Below are positions 1 through 11,349 of a stretch of DNA of 64,000 nt, one piece after another. Each line of letters starts with the position of its first letter. Position 1 is the first letter of the stretch. A program made the position numbers and the translations under genes. The notes below the pieces were generated by a model. The model saw only the letters and a program-made list of their open reading frames with translations. It was not told where the DNA came from and ran no database searches. Origin of the DNA: Anolis carolinensis (Eukaryota); the NCBI RefSeq assembly GCF_035594765.1, contig NW_026943825.1:2792469-2856468 (forward strand), written 5' to 3'.

Positions 1-2112
1 GTCGATGACCCACCGGCCGGGGGTGAAGTCCCGCTCGTGGACGCAGAGCCGGTAGGGTGGCCGGGTGGCCTCCAGCCGCAGCAGCAGCTCCTTCCGCACC
101 CAGTCGGCGTCCGAGTGGCTGTAGGAGACGAAGGCGTGGTAAGTGAAGCGGCGCGAAGGCTGGCCGGACGGGTGGCCGGAGCGGTACTTGGACCGGACGA
201 TGCGGAACGTGGCCCGCAGGTACCACGGGACGTCGAAGCGCCAACACAGCAACGTGGCGGCCCCCACCACGGCGGCCGTGACCGAGACCGTGATGGCCAC
301 CACGACCGTGACGTCGCACTCGGTGACCCACGGGGCGTAATCCGCCACCGGCGTGTCCAGGAGCCGTTCGGGGTGGTAGCACGTCCAGTTCTCCGGCCAA
401 TCCGTGATGGTCAGCTTCCCCTTGGAAAGAGCCTCCCGGAGGAAACTGTGCAACTCGCAGACGCAGTGATAGGGATTGTTGCCGGCCTGGAGTCGCGACA
501 ACCGCGGCATGTTGGCGAAGGATCCTCGCCCGATGGCCCCGAAGGAGTTTCCGTCCACGGTTAGGACTTCCAGACTCGGGCCTTTCCACGCGGTCGGGAT
601 GAACTTGAGCTTGTTGCCGCTCAAACGCAGTTCTCGGAGGTCGACGGCCGCTTCGAAATAACTCAATTCGAGCCGCTCCAGTTGCGAATGCGAGAGATCG
701 AGGAAGCGCAACGTGACGGGCAAACACCGGAATATCTCCATCGTGGTCACCGCGTTGTAGGCCAAACCCAACCAAACGAGTGTTGGGCTCCAACGGCACG
801 GCGAATTATCGTCGTTGCCGATTTGGTTGTGGCTCAAATCCAAGACGGACAAACGTGGCCAAGCGGCGGTCAGTCGCGACACAGTTCGGAGTCGGGTCAC
901 TCGGTTGTAGCTCACGTTGAACTCTTCCAATTTGGGCACGATGTCCACGTAGGAGCATAACTCGTTGTAGATATACTCGTCGAGAAGCCGGTTGTTGGAG
1001 ATGTTGAGCGCGGCGACGTTGCGCATCTCCTTCCAGGCGTCACACGGGACGAAGTTGAAGTTGACGTTGAGTACGGACAAGAAGCTCACGCCGGAGAACC
1101 ACGTGAAGGTCCAGTCGAAGCGCAGAATGTCCGGGTTGCTGATATCCTTCAGCACTAAGCTCCTTAAGGTCAAGTTGGCGATGCCGACGTCCGGCTTGGC
1201 CCGTTGTGGCGACCGAGCGAAATCGATGGAGATGAAGGAGAGGTCCTGGACGGTGGTCTTCTGGACGTTGAGGAGGATCAAACGGAGCAAGTTCTCGTTG
1301 AATTTCCCCCGGAAGAAGACCAGCTCGCGGGCGTCGACACGCTCCAGGTTGGAAAAGATGTCCGCCGGGTGGTTGTAATAAGTGAACTCGAAGAGATTGC
1401 GGAAGCGCAAGTAGCGCAAAGGTTTTCCCCACAAATCCCGCAACATTCGGGGCAAAGCGCCAGGGTTTCGGTCCAAAGCGATGTCGCACCACAAGGACTC
1501 TGTCGTCAGCGTAGCGAAGGCCCCCGGCTGGTACTCGGTCAAGCTCGAGGCCGTCTTCAAGGCGAATTTCTTCAACGGGATGTCCGCCAACGGTTGGAAA
1601 TCCTCGCTGCCAACCGTCAAGATGGCCGGACCCCCCATGGAAAGCTCCTCCAGGTCCTTCAAGCCGCCAAAGACCCCGTCCAACGCCGAGCGGGGATACA
1701 AGTTGTTGGACATGGACAAGACCTTCAGCCTCTTGAGGTCCTTCAGCGCATTGGACGGGATCGTCAGCAACGAGTTGTTGAAGAGGTCCAACTGCTCCAA
1801 CAACAAGTTGGATGCGAAGGCGTCATCGTCAACGTACGAGAGGTCGTTGTAGCGCAAATCGAGGCTCTTGAGGCGGGTCAAGGCCGCGAAATCCCCGGCG
1901 GAGATGCGCCGGATCTTGTTGTAGGACAAGTCCAAGGCTTCCAGTGTTTCCGGGAGGTCCGGAGGGACCCGAATCAGGTTCTGGCCCCGGCAGGAGGCTC
2001 GTCCAGCGGAAGGGACGTGGCAACCGGAGGGAACGGGGGCGCGGGATGAGTGGGGCACCAGCAGGAGCAGCAGCACGAGGAGGGGGACACGGGACCCCCA
2101 GGCACATGGCAT
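1..2112 (-). CDS. TLR18: Toll-like receptor, TLR1/2 subfamily, most similar to fish/amphibian TLR14/TLR18; 3'-partial (704 codons, continues beyond position 1)
   Basis: Manual translation from ATG at 2112 has no stop codon. Signal peptide MPCAWGSRVPLLVLLLLLV, LRRNT (CRGQNLIRVPPDLP), many LRRs (LEALDLSYNKI, LKSLDLRYNDL, LRELRLSGNKL), LRRCT (GNNPYHCVCEL...C...P), TM (VVVAITVSVTAAVVGAATLLCW), TIR box 1 (YHAFVSYS) and box 2 (LCVHERDFTPG). The segment DISNPDILRFDWTFTWF...NVNFNFVPCDAW is recalled as TLR14/18-like. TLR identity is near certain; the subfamily name is less so. Splice acceptor tttctgtctcag lies just upstream (exon starts 2124). Confidence 0.85.
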   Translation of the reverse strand, partial: MPCAWGSRVPLLVLLLLLVPHSSRAPVPSGCHVPSAGRASCRGQNLIRVPPDLPETLEALDLSYNKIRRISAGDFAALTRLKSLDLRYNDLSYVDDDAFASNLLLEQLDLFNNSLLTIPSNALKDLKRLKVLSMSNNLYPRSALDGVFGGLKDLEELSMGGPAILTVGSEDFQPLADIPLKKFALKTASSLTEYQPGAFATLTTESLWCDIALDRNPGALPRMLRDLWGKPLRYLRFRNLFEFTYYNHPADIFSNLERVDARELVFFRGKFNENLLRLILLNVQKTTVQDLSFISIDFARSPQRAKPDVGIANLTLRSLVLKDISNPDILRFDWTFTWFSGVSFLSVLNVNFNFVPCDAWKEMRNVAALNISNNRLLDEYIYNELCSYVDIVPKLEEFNVSYNRVTRLRTVSRLTAAWPRLSVLDLSHNQIGNDDNSPCRWSPTLVWLGLAYNAVTTMEIFRCLPVTLRFLDLSHSQLERLELSYFEAAVDLRELRLSGNKLKFIPTAWKGPSLEVLTVDGNSFGAIGRGSFANMPRLSRLQAGNNPYHCVCELHSFLREALSKGKLTITDWPENWTCYHPERLLDTPVADYAPWVTECDVTVVVAITVSVTAAVVGAATLLCWRFDVPWYLRATFRIVRSKYRSGHPSGQPSRRFTYHAFVSYSHSDADWVRKELLLRLEATRPPYRLCVHERDFTPGRWVID

Positions 2113-2144
2113 CGCCCTCCTTGCCTGAGACAGAAAGAAAACCA

Positions 2145-2414
2145 GCATCATCATCATCATCATCATGGACTGGGAAACCCAATGGTGGCTGCCGGTCAAC
2201 CTATTATTATTATTATTATTATTATCATCATCATCATCATCATCATCATCATGGACTGGGAAGCTCAATGGTGGCTGCAGGTCAACCTATCATTATGATG
2301 ATGATGATGATTATTATTATTATTATTATTATTATCATCATCATCATCATCATGGACTGGGAAGCTCAATGGTGGCTGCAGGTCAACCTATTATTATCAT
2401 TATCATTATTATTA

Positions 2415-2454
<40 letters not shown>

Positions 2455-2758
2455 CATCATCATCATCATGGACTGGGAAGCCCAATGGTGGCTGCCGATC
2501 ATCCTATTATTATTATCATTATTATTATTATTATTATCATCTTCATCATCATGGACTGGGAAGCCCAATGGTGGCTGCCTATCATCCTATTATTATTATT
2601 ATCATTATTATTATTATTATTATCATCATCATCATCATCATCATCATCATGGACTGGGAAGCCCAATGGTGGCTGCCGGTCAACCTATTATTATCATTAT
2701 TATCATTATCATTATTATTGTGGTGCAGGAAACACGGTGGTGGATGCCAATTGTCCTA

Positions 2759-2789
<31 letters not shown>

Positions 2790-2880
2790 TATTCTGGAAT
2801 GGGAAACCAAATGGTGGGAGACAATTATCTTATTATTATTATTCTGGTGCAGGAAACACAATGGTGGGTGCCAATTGTCC

Positions 2881-2922
<42 letters not shown>

Positions 2923-3013
2923 TATTCTGGTGCGGGAAACCAAATGGTGGGAGACAATTATCTTATTATTATTATTCTGGTGCAGGAAACTCAATGGTGG
3001 GTGCCAATTGTCC

Positions 3014-3060
<47 letters not shown>

Positions 3061-3303
3061 TGGTGCAGGAAACTCAATGGTGGGTGCCAATTGTCCTATT
3101 ATTATTATTATTATTACTATTATTATTATTATTATTATTATTATTCTGGTGCAGGAAACACAATGGTGGGTGCCAATTGTCCTATTATTATTATTATTAT
3201 TATTATTACTATTATTCTGGTGCGGGAAACCAAATGGTGGGAGACAATTATCTTATTATTATTATTCTGGTGCAGGAAACTCAATGGTGGGTGCCAATTG
3301 TCC

Positions 3304-3350
<47 letters not shown>

Positions 3351-3510
3351 TGGTGCAGGAAACACAATGGTGGGTGCCAATTGTCCTATTATTATTATTA
3401 TTATTATTATTACTATTATTCTGGTGCGGGAAACCAAATGGTGGGAGACAATTATCTTATTATTATTATTATTCTGGTTCAGGAAACTCAATGGTGGGCG
3501 CCAATTGTCC

Positions 3511-3559
<49 letters not shown>

Positions 3560-3772
3560 GAGTGGGAATCCCAATGGTGCATCCGGTTGTATTATTATTA
3601 TTATGGAGTGTGAATCCCAACGTTGCATGCTGATTGTATTATTATTATTATTATTATCATCATCATCATTATTGAGCAGGGAATCCCAATGGTGGCTGCT
3701 GATCATCTATTATTATTATTAGTATTAGTATTATTATGGAGTGGGAAACCCAATAGTAGATGCTGATCGCCC

Positions 3773-3808
<36 letters not shown>

Positions 3809-3810
3809 CT
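2145..3810. repeat. Compound minisatellite: ~35-bp core (GGAAACNCAATGGTGG...CCTATT) separated by variable (ATT)n/(ATC)n tracts
   Basis: Repeated core visible directly; gives the poly-I/L/Y ORFs. Confidence 0.9.
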
Positions 3811-4181
3811 ATGTATATTACTCTTGAGTTCCAGGCATCCAATTAGTAAATATTAATAAGTATGTATATACATATGAATCAATATTAACAAACATCAACC
3901 TTTATAAATATGAATATCTCATTATGTATATGCAAATATTCCAAACTATCCTAGATAAATATCCCATTATGCCTATGCAGTTACTCCAAAACATCCAGGA
4001 TAATCACATTATGCAAATGCAAATTATTCCAAAAATATCCAGGATAATTTCATGGTGCATATGCAAATATTCCAAACTACCCCAGACAATCTCATTATGC
4101 ATATTAGGTCCAGGATATCCTTGCCCAATATGCAAATGCTTTTATTACAAACGTAGAAAATAAAAAGATTTGGGTACTCAC

Positions 4182-4335
4182 GCCCTAGGGCTCGCCCCGA
4201 AGAGACACAAAACTCGGGTTCCCCTTCGACGCCTTTTAAACCCAGCAGGGGGCGTGGTCAGGGGGCGGGACAAAAAAAAAGAAGAACGCTCGCGCTCCTC
4301 ATTGGCTGGTTCCGAGGACGGGGGGCGTGGCCTGG
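4182..4335 (-). promoter_or_regulatory. Probable TLR promoter and short non-coding exon 1
   Basis: CpG-rich patch. Minus strand reads GC boxes (CCACGCCCC, CCCGCCCC), CCAAT (~4301-4305), TTTAAAA (4240-4234), then a GTGAGT donor at 4181-4176 that could splice to the acceptor before 2124. Confidence 0.55.
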
Positions 4336-4384
4336 GCTGAAGTTGGAGACTCACAAGAGGTGCAAAAGACTCACAACAGGGGCC

Positions 4385-6036
4385 TGAGGAAACTACAACT
4401 CCCATGAGTCAAGATATATATATAGAGAGAGAGAGAATCACAAGAGTGGCCTTATCAAACTACAACTCCCATTATTCTAGATAGACTCAAAAGAGTGGCC
4501 TTAGCAAACTACAACTCCCATTATTCTAGATAGACTCAAAAGAGTGGCCTTAGCAAACTACAACTCCCATTATTCCAGATAAATAAACTCAAAAGAGTGG
4601 CCTTAGCAAACTACAACTCCCATTATTCCAGATAAATAAACTCAAAAGAGTGGCCTTAGCAAACTACAACTCCCATTATTCCAGATAAATAAACTCAAAA
4701 GAGTGGCCTTAGCAAACTACAACTCCCATTATTCCAGATAAATAAATTCAAAAGAGTGGCCTTAGCAAACTACAACTCCCATTATTCCAGATAAATAAAC
4801 TCAAAAGAGTGGCCTTAGCAAACTACAACTCCCATTATTCCAGATAAATAAACTCAAAAGAGTGGCCTTAGCAAACTACAACTCCCATTATTCCAGATAA
4901 ATAAACTCAAAAGAGTGGCCTTAGCAAACTACAACTCCCATTATTCCAGATAAATAAACTCAAAAGAGTGGCCTTAGCAAACTACAACTCCCATTATTCT
5001 AGATAGACTCAAAAGAGTGGCCTTAGCAAACTACAACTCCCATTATTCCAGATAAATAAATTCAAAAGAGTGGCCTTAGCAAACTACAACTCCCATTATT
5101 CTAGATAGACTCAAAAGAGTGGCCTTAGCAAACTACAACTCCCATTATTCCAGATAAATAAATTCAAAAGAGTGGCCTTAGCAAACTACAACTCCCATTA
5201 TTCTAGATAGACTCAAAAGAGTGGCCTTAGCAAACTACAACTCCCATTATTCTAGATAGATAGATAGATAGATGGATAGATAGGCACACAAGAAGGGCCT
5301 GAGGAAACTACAACTCCCATGAGTCAAGATATATATATAGAGAGAGAATCACAAGAGGGGCCTGAGCAAACTACAACTCCCATTATTCTAGATAGATAGA
5401 CTTACAAGAGGGGCCCCAGCAAACTACAACTCCCATTATTCTAGATAGATAGACTTACAAGAGGGGCCCCAGCAAACTACAACTCCCATTATTCTAGATA
5501 GATAGACTTACAAGAGGGGCCCCAGCAAACTACAACTCCCATTATTCTAGATAGATAGACTTACAAGAGGGGCCCCAGCAAACTACAACTCCCATTATTC
5601 TAGATAGATAGACTTACAAGAGGGGCCCCAGCAAACTACAACTCCCATTATTCTAGATAGATAGACTTACAAGAGGGGCCCCAGCAAACTACAACTCCCA
5701 TTATTCTAGATAGATAGACTTACAAGAGGGGCCCCAGCAAACTACAACTCCCATGAGTCAAGATATATATAGAGAATAACAAGAGGTGCAAAAGGCTCAC
5801 AGGAGTGGCCTTAGCAAACTACAACTCCCATTTTTCTAGATAGATACTGTAGACTTACAAGAGGGGCCCCAGCAAACTACAACTCCCATGAGTCAAGAGA
5901 GAATAACAAGAGGTGCAAAAGGCTCACAAGAAGGGCCTTAACAAATGACAACTCCCAATATTTTATCTATCTATCTAGATAGACTCACAAGAGGGGCCCG
6001 AGTAAACTACAACTCCCATGGATCTTGGCAAACTAC

Positions 6037-6107
<71 letters not shown>

Positions 6108-6260
6108 TACACACACATATAGCACTAGGGGCTTTAACAAACTACAACTCCCATTAAATCTATCTATAGGCTCACAAGAGGGCCTTGCTAAACTACAACT
6201 CCCTTGATTATATATAGAGAAAAACAAGAGGTACTTTAGCAAACTACAATTCCCGTGATT
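4385..6260 (+). repeat. 49/53-bp minisatellites with ACTACAACTCCC core
   Basis: Units agagtggccttagcaaactacaactcccattattc... (period 49 or 53) and gggccccagcaaactacaactccc... (period 53). Confidence 0.9.
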
Positions 6261-6261
6261 C

Positions 6262-6314
<53 letters not shown>

Positions 6315-6318
6315 CACA

Positions 6319-6641
6319 CAGTAGAGTCTCACTAATCCAAGCCTCGCTTATCCAAGCCTCTGGATAATCCAAGCCATTTTTGTAGTCAATGTTTCCAATA
6401 AATCGTGATATTTTGGTGCTAAATTCATAAATACAGTAATTACAACATAACATTACTGCGTATTGAACTACTTTTTCTGTCAAATTTGTTGTATAATATG
6501 AAGTTTTGGTGCTTAATTTGTAAAATCATAACCTAATTTGATGTTTAATAGGCTTTTCCTTGATCAGTCCTTATAATCCAAGATATTCGCTTATCCAAGC
6601 TTCTGCCGGCCCGTTTAGCTTGGATAAGTGAGACTCTACTG
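6319..6641. mobile_element. Tc1/mariner(pogo)-type MITE, ~320 bp
   Basis: TIRs CAGTAGAGTCTCAC(T)TATCCAA...TTGGATAAGTGAGACTCTACTG in TA-rich context. Confidence 0.85.
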
Positions 6642-6651
6642 TATATATATA

Positions 6652-7858
6652 CTAGCTTGGAGACCCGGCGATGCCCGGGTCATTTGAGAAAGGCCTTGTT
6701 TGCCTGTGTTCCAAGTGTAGCCTATATCCAATGTCAGCTGGGTTCAGTGGGTGCGGGTGAGCTCCAACTCCCATATGCAAGTCCCATCGTCCATGGTCCA
6801 TCATCCTCCAAACAGAGCCAGTATGTAGAATAGGTCATGAGGGCTCCATGTAGCATGTTTGGTCTTGATCAGTCATTTGTGTGGGTCGCGGTGCTCTCAG
6901 GAAGTGAGTGAAGGTATTGGAAGTCCCATCGTCCATGGTCCATCGTCCTCCAAACTGCACCTGGGTGTAGAGTGAGTCATGGGTGTTCTGTGTTTGAAGT
7001 TTGGTCTTGATGAGACATTGATGGGGGTGACAGTGGTCTCAGGAAGTGAATGAATATACTGCAAGTCCCATCATCCAAGGTCCAAGGTCTTTCAAACCTC
7101 ACCAAGATGTAGAGTGGGCCATGGTGGCTCTATGTGCCAAGTTTGGTCTTGATCAGTCATTGGTGGGGGTCACAGTAGTCCCAGGAAGTGACTGAAGATA
7201 TTGTAAGTCCCCTCATCCACAGTCCCTCCTTCCCCAAACTGCACCAGGATGTAAAGTGGGCTACCCTGCACCTGCGTGTCAAGTTTGATACAGTTTTGTC
7301 ATTCATGGGCATCACCGTGGTTTGTGGGAGGTGAATTGGATGAATGTACTGCAAATCCCATCATCCTTGGTCCAGCCTCCGTCAAAGTGCTGCAGCATGT
7401 GAAGTGTGTCATTTGGGATCTGTGTGCCTGGTTTGGTTCAGTTGTGTGATTTGTGGCAGTTGCTGTGGTCTCAAGAAGTGAGGGAAGGTACTGCAAATTC
7501 CATCATCCTTGGTCCATCCTGCCCCAATATACATCGGGATGTAAAGGGGTCGACAGGAGTTCTGTGTGCCAAGTTTGGTCCATTTCTATCATTGGTGGGC
7601 CTTGCAGTAGTCTGTGGGAGTTCAAGTGTTTGGAAGTACTGCAAATCCCATCATCCGTGGTCCATCCTCCCCCAAATGGCAGCAGGTCATCAAGTGCATC
7701 GTGGGGATGAAGTGGGCCAAGTTTGGTGCAGATCCGTCATTCCTGTTGGTCTCAGTGGCCTGGGATAGTGGCGGCCAATCAAAACGCGAGCACATATTCC
7801 GCCAGGCCAATCAAAACGCTGATACATACTCCGATTTCACTTTTATTATATATATAGA
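6652..7858 (-). mobile_element. Non-autonomous Helitron (~1.2 kb)
   Basis: Minus strand starts TCTATATATAT and ends with hairpin ACCCGGGCATCGCCGGGT plus CTAG; A/T insertion site. Confidence 0.7.
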
Positions 7859-8515
7859 TAGATACTAACAAGAGGTGCAAAAGACCAACAAGAGAGGCCT
7901 TAGCAAACTACAACTCCCATGATTCCATATACAGTAATAATAATAATTTTATTTCTTACCCGCCTCTCCTTGTGGCTGGAGGCAGGTTACATATATGTGT
8001 GTGTATAGAGAAAGATATATATATATACACACAAATATTAACAATCCATATATCTCTCTATTATGAGAGTTTTAGTTTGCATCCACACTGTTGACTTGAT
8101 GCAGTTTGGCGCCCCTGCTTTGGTAAACCCCGGGAGCTGTAGTTTCCCTCCTCTTCCTCTTGCAGCGGAGAGATGCCTAAGAGGTATTTGCATAATTCAG
8201 GAGACATAGCGAATTTGCCGTTAACCTGCGGAACTCCCTGCCGCAGCACGATGGTGATTCGAATGGCTTCCAAAGAGGTTTTTTTTGGGGGGGGGGGGAG
8301 GTGGGGGGGAAGGAAGGGGCGAAGTTGGAAGCCCCAAACTGGGTCAGAGGCCGGCGCTCCCTGCCCCATTGTTTTCCAGTCCAGTTCTGGTTCCAGTTAG
8401 AGCCGCATTCCTGAACCAGTTGCAAAGAGAGGAAGGAATGTCCGGCACTGGGAACGAGCCGAGGGCCGAAGAAAGGCCGGCCAAACCGGACTGCACTGCT
8501 CTCAATGCCCTTGTG

Positions 8516-9590
8516 ACCCTGGGAGTTGTAGTTCCTCCCACACAATGGTACGAAATCCTGGGAGTTGTAGTTCCCCCGACAATAGTATAACACCTTGGGA
8601 GTTGTAGTTTCCCCTAGACAATGGTGCGAGACCCTGGGAGTTGTAGTTTCCACCAGACAATAATAGGAGACCCTGGAAGTTGTAGTTTCCTCTAGACAAT
8701 GGTACGAGACCCTGGGAGTTGTAGTTTCCACCAGACAATAATAGGAGACCCTGGAAGTTGTAGTTTCCTCTAGACAATGGTGCGAGACCCTGGGAGTTGT
8801 AGTTTCCACCAGACAATAATAGGAGACCCTGGAAGTTGTAGTTTCCTCTAGACAATGGTGCGAGACCCTGGGAGTTGTAGTTTCCACCAGACAATAATAG
8901 GAGACCCTGGAAGTTGTAGTTTCCTCTAGACAATGGTGCGAGACCCTGGGAGTTGTAGTTTCCACCAGACAATAATAGGAGACCCTGGAAGTTGTAGTTT
9001 CCTCTAGACAATGGTGCGAGACCCTGGGAGTTGTAGTTTCCACCAGACAATAATAGGAGACCCTGGAAGTTGTAGTTTCCTCTAGACAATGGTGCGAGAC
9101 CCTGGGAGTTGTAGTTTCCACCAGACAATAATAGGAGACCCTGGAAGTTGTAGTTTCCTCTAGACAATGGTGCGAGACCCTGGGAGTTGTAGTTTCCACC
9201 AGACAATAATAGGAGACCCTGGAAGTTGTAGTTTCCTCTAGACAATGGTGCGAGACCCTGGGAGTTGTAGTTTCCACCAGACAATAATAGGAGACCCTAG
9301 GAGTTGTAGTTTCCTCTAGACAATGGTACGAGACCCTGGGAGTTGTAGTTTCCACCAGACAATAATAGGAGACCCTGGGAGTTGTAGTTTCCTCTAGACA
9401 ATGGTACGAGACCCTGGGAGTTGTAGTTTCCACCAGACAATAATAGGAGACCCTGGAAGTTGTAGTTTCCTCTAGACAATGGTACGAGACCCTGGGAGTT
9501 GTAGTTTCCACCAGACAATAGTATGAGACCCTGGAAGTTGTAGTTCCCACGACAATGGTATGACACCTTGGGAGTTGTAGTTTGGAATGA
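8516..9590 (-). repeat. 39-bp minisatellite with 78-bp higher-order dimer; GGGAGTTGTAGT core
   Basis: Alternating gagaccctgggagttgtagtttccaccagacaataatag and gagaccctggaagttgtagtttcctctagacaatggtgc units. Confidence 0.9.
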
Positions 9591-9699
9591 TGGGAGTTGC
9601 AGTTTCCCAAGGTCCACAGTCTTATCTCAATGCAACTTACCTGTAAAACGAACACAGTTTGACATTGATTGAGCCGCCAAGGCCCAATGTTATGGGATC

Positions 9700-10810
9700 T
9701 TGGGAGTTGTAGTCTGGAATGATGGGAGTTGTAGTTTGGAATGATGGGAGTTGCAGTTTGGAATCATGGGAGTTGTAGTTTGGAATGATGGGAGTTGTCG
9801 TTTGGAATGATGGGAGTTGTAGTTTGGAATGATGGGAGTTGCAGTTTGGAATCATGGGAGTTGTCGTTTGGAATGATGGGAGTTGTCGTTTGGAATGATG
9901 GGAGTTGTAGTTTGGAATGATGGGAGTTGCAGTTTGGAATCATGGGAGTTGTCGTTTGGAATGATGGGAGTTGTCGTTTGGAATGATGGGAGTTGTAGTT
10001 TGGAATGATGGGAGTTGCAGTTTGGAATCATGGGAGTTGTCGTTTGGAATGATGGGAGTTGTAGTTTGGAATGATGGGAGTTGCAGTTTGGAATGATGGG
10101 AGTTGTCGTTTGGAATGATGGGAGTTGCAGTTTGGAATCATGGGAGTTGTCGTTTGGAATGATGGGAGTTGTCGTTTGGAATGATGGGAGTTGTAGTTTG
10201 GAATGATGGGAGTTGCAGTTTGGAATGATGGGAGTTGTCGTTTGGAATGATGGGAGTTGTAGTTTGTAATGATGGGAGTTGTCGTTTGGAATGATGGGAG
10301 TTGTAGTTTGGAATGATGGGAGTTGCAGTTTGGAATGATGGGAGTTGTAGTTTGGAATGATGGGAGTTGTCGTTTGGAATGATGGGAGTTGTCGTTTGGA
10401 ATGATGGGAGTTGCAGTTTGGAATGATGGGAGTTGTAGTTTGGAATGATGGGAGTTGTCGTTTGGAATGATGGGAGTTGTCGTTTGGAATGATGGGAGTT
10501 GCAGTTTGGAATGATGGGAGTTGTCGTTTGGAATGATGGGAGTTGTAGTTTGGAATGATGGGAGTTGTAGTTTGGAATGATGGGAGTTGTAGTTTGGAAT
10601 GATGGGAGTTGTCGTTTGGAATGATGGGAGTTGCAGTTTGGAATGATGGGAGTTGTAGTTTGGAATGATGGGAGTTGTAGTTTGGAATGATGGGAGTTGC
10701 AGTTTGGAATGATGGGAGTTGCAGTTTGGAATGATGGGAGTTGTAGTTTGGAATGATGGGAGTTGTCGTTTGGAATGATGGGAGTTGTCGTTTGGAATGA
10801 TGGGAGTTGC
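9700..10810 (-). repeat. 22-bp minisatellite TGGGAGTTG(TA/CA/TC)GTTTGGAATGA, ~50 copies
   Basis: Direct periodicity of 22. Confidence 0.92.
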
Positions 10811-11349
10811 AGTTTCCCAAGGCCCATAGTCTTATCTCAATGCAACTTATCCTGTAAAATGAGCACAGTTTGACCTCAGTCGTGTCGCCAAGGCTCAATG
10901 TTATGGAATGATGGGAGTTGTAGCTTCCCAAGGCCAACAGTCCAATCTGGACGCAAGTGCTTTTATTGCAATTAGACTTAAAAGAGAAGAGACGTCAAGA
11001 GAGCAAAACCCGAAAGTTACGCGAAATGACTGAATTCCGTGTATTTTTTGGCCGGGAGCCAAGCGGTGCCAGGAAAGGGCTCCTTGTCCTGCAAAAAGGC
11101 GTCTTTGTGGCTTGTTTTCGGAGTGGGATGCGGTTGGAAAGGTTCCTGGCACGCGGAAGAAAGACCGGATTCCCCCGTTGGCCACTTCCTTCTAGCAAAA
11201 GAAGAAAAAAAAAAGACACATCCAAAGCCCTCCCGACAGAGGCCCAGCCAGCCAGCTATTAAATAAGGCAATAAAACACGTGGGAAATGGCATCTTTGGA
11301 GCCAAACCTGTTTGTTTCGGCCTCGGCGTCCGGTCGGACTCGTTTGGGC

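Noticed and set aside
37-2049. Plus-strand ORFs (175, 128, 281 aa and others)
   Set aside because: Antisense shadows of the GC-rich TLR coding exon.
1944-3633. 538/482/382-aa ORFs and CRISPR-like repeat-spacer appearance
   Set aside because: Translations of (ATT)n microsatellite arrays; spacers are triplet repeats, the context is eukaryotic and there are no cas genes.
9633-9655. Minus-strand TTTTACAG|GTAAGT resembling a recursive splice site
   Set aside because: Lies outside any inferred transcript, and its duplicate at ~10845 is disrupted.
8177-10937. 492/361/260-aa repetitive minus-strand ORFs
   Set aside because: Stop-free frames of the 39/78- and 22-bp satellites; no domain or splice support.
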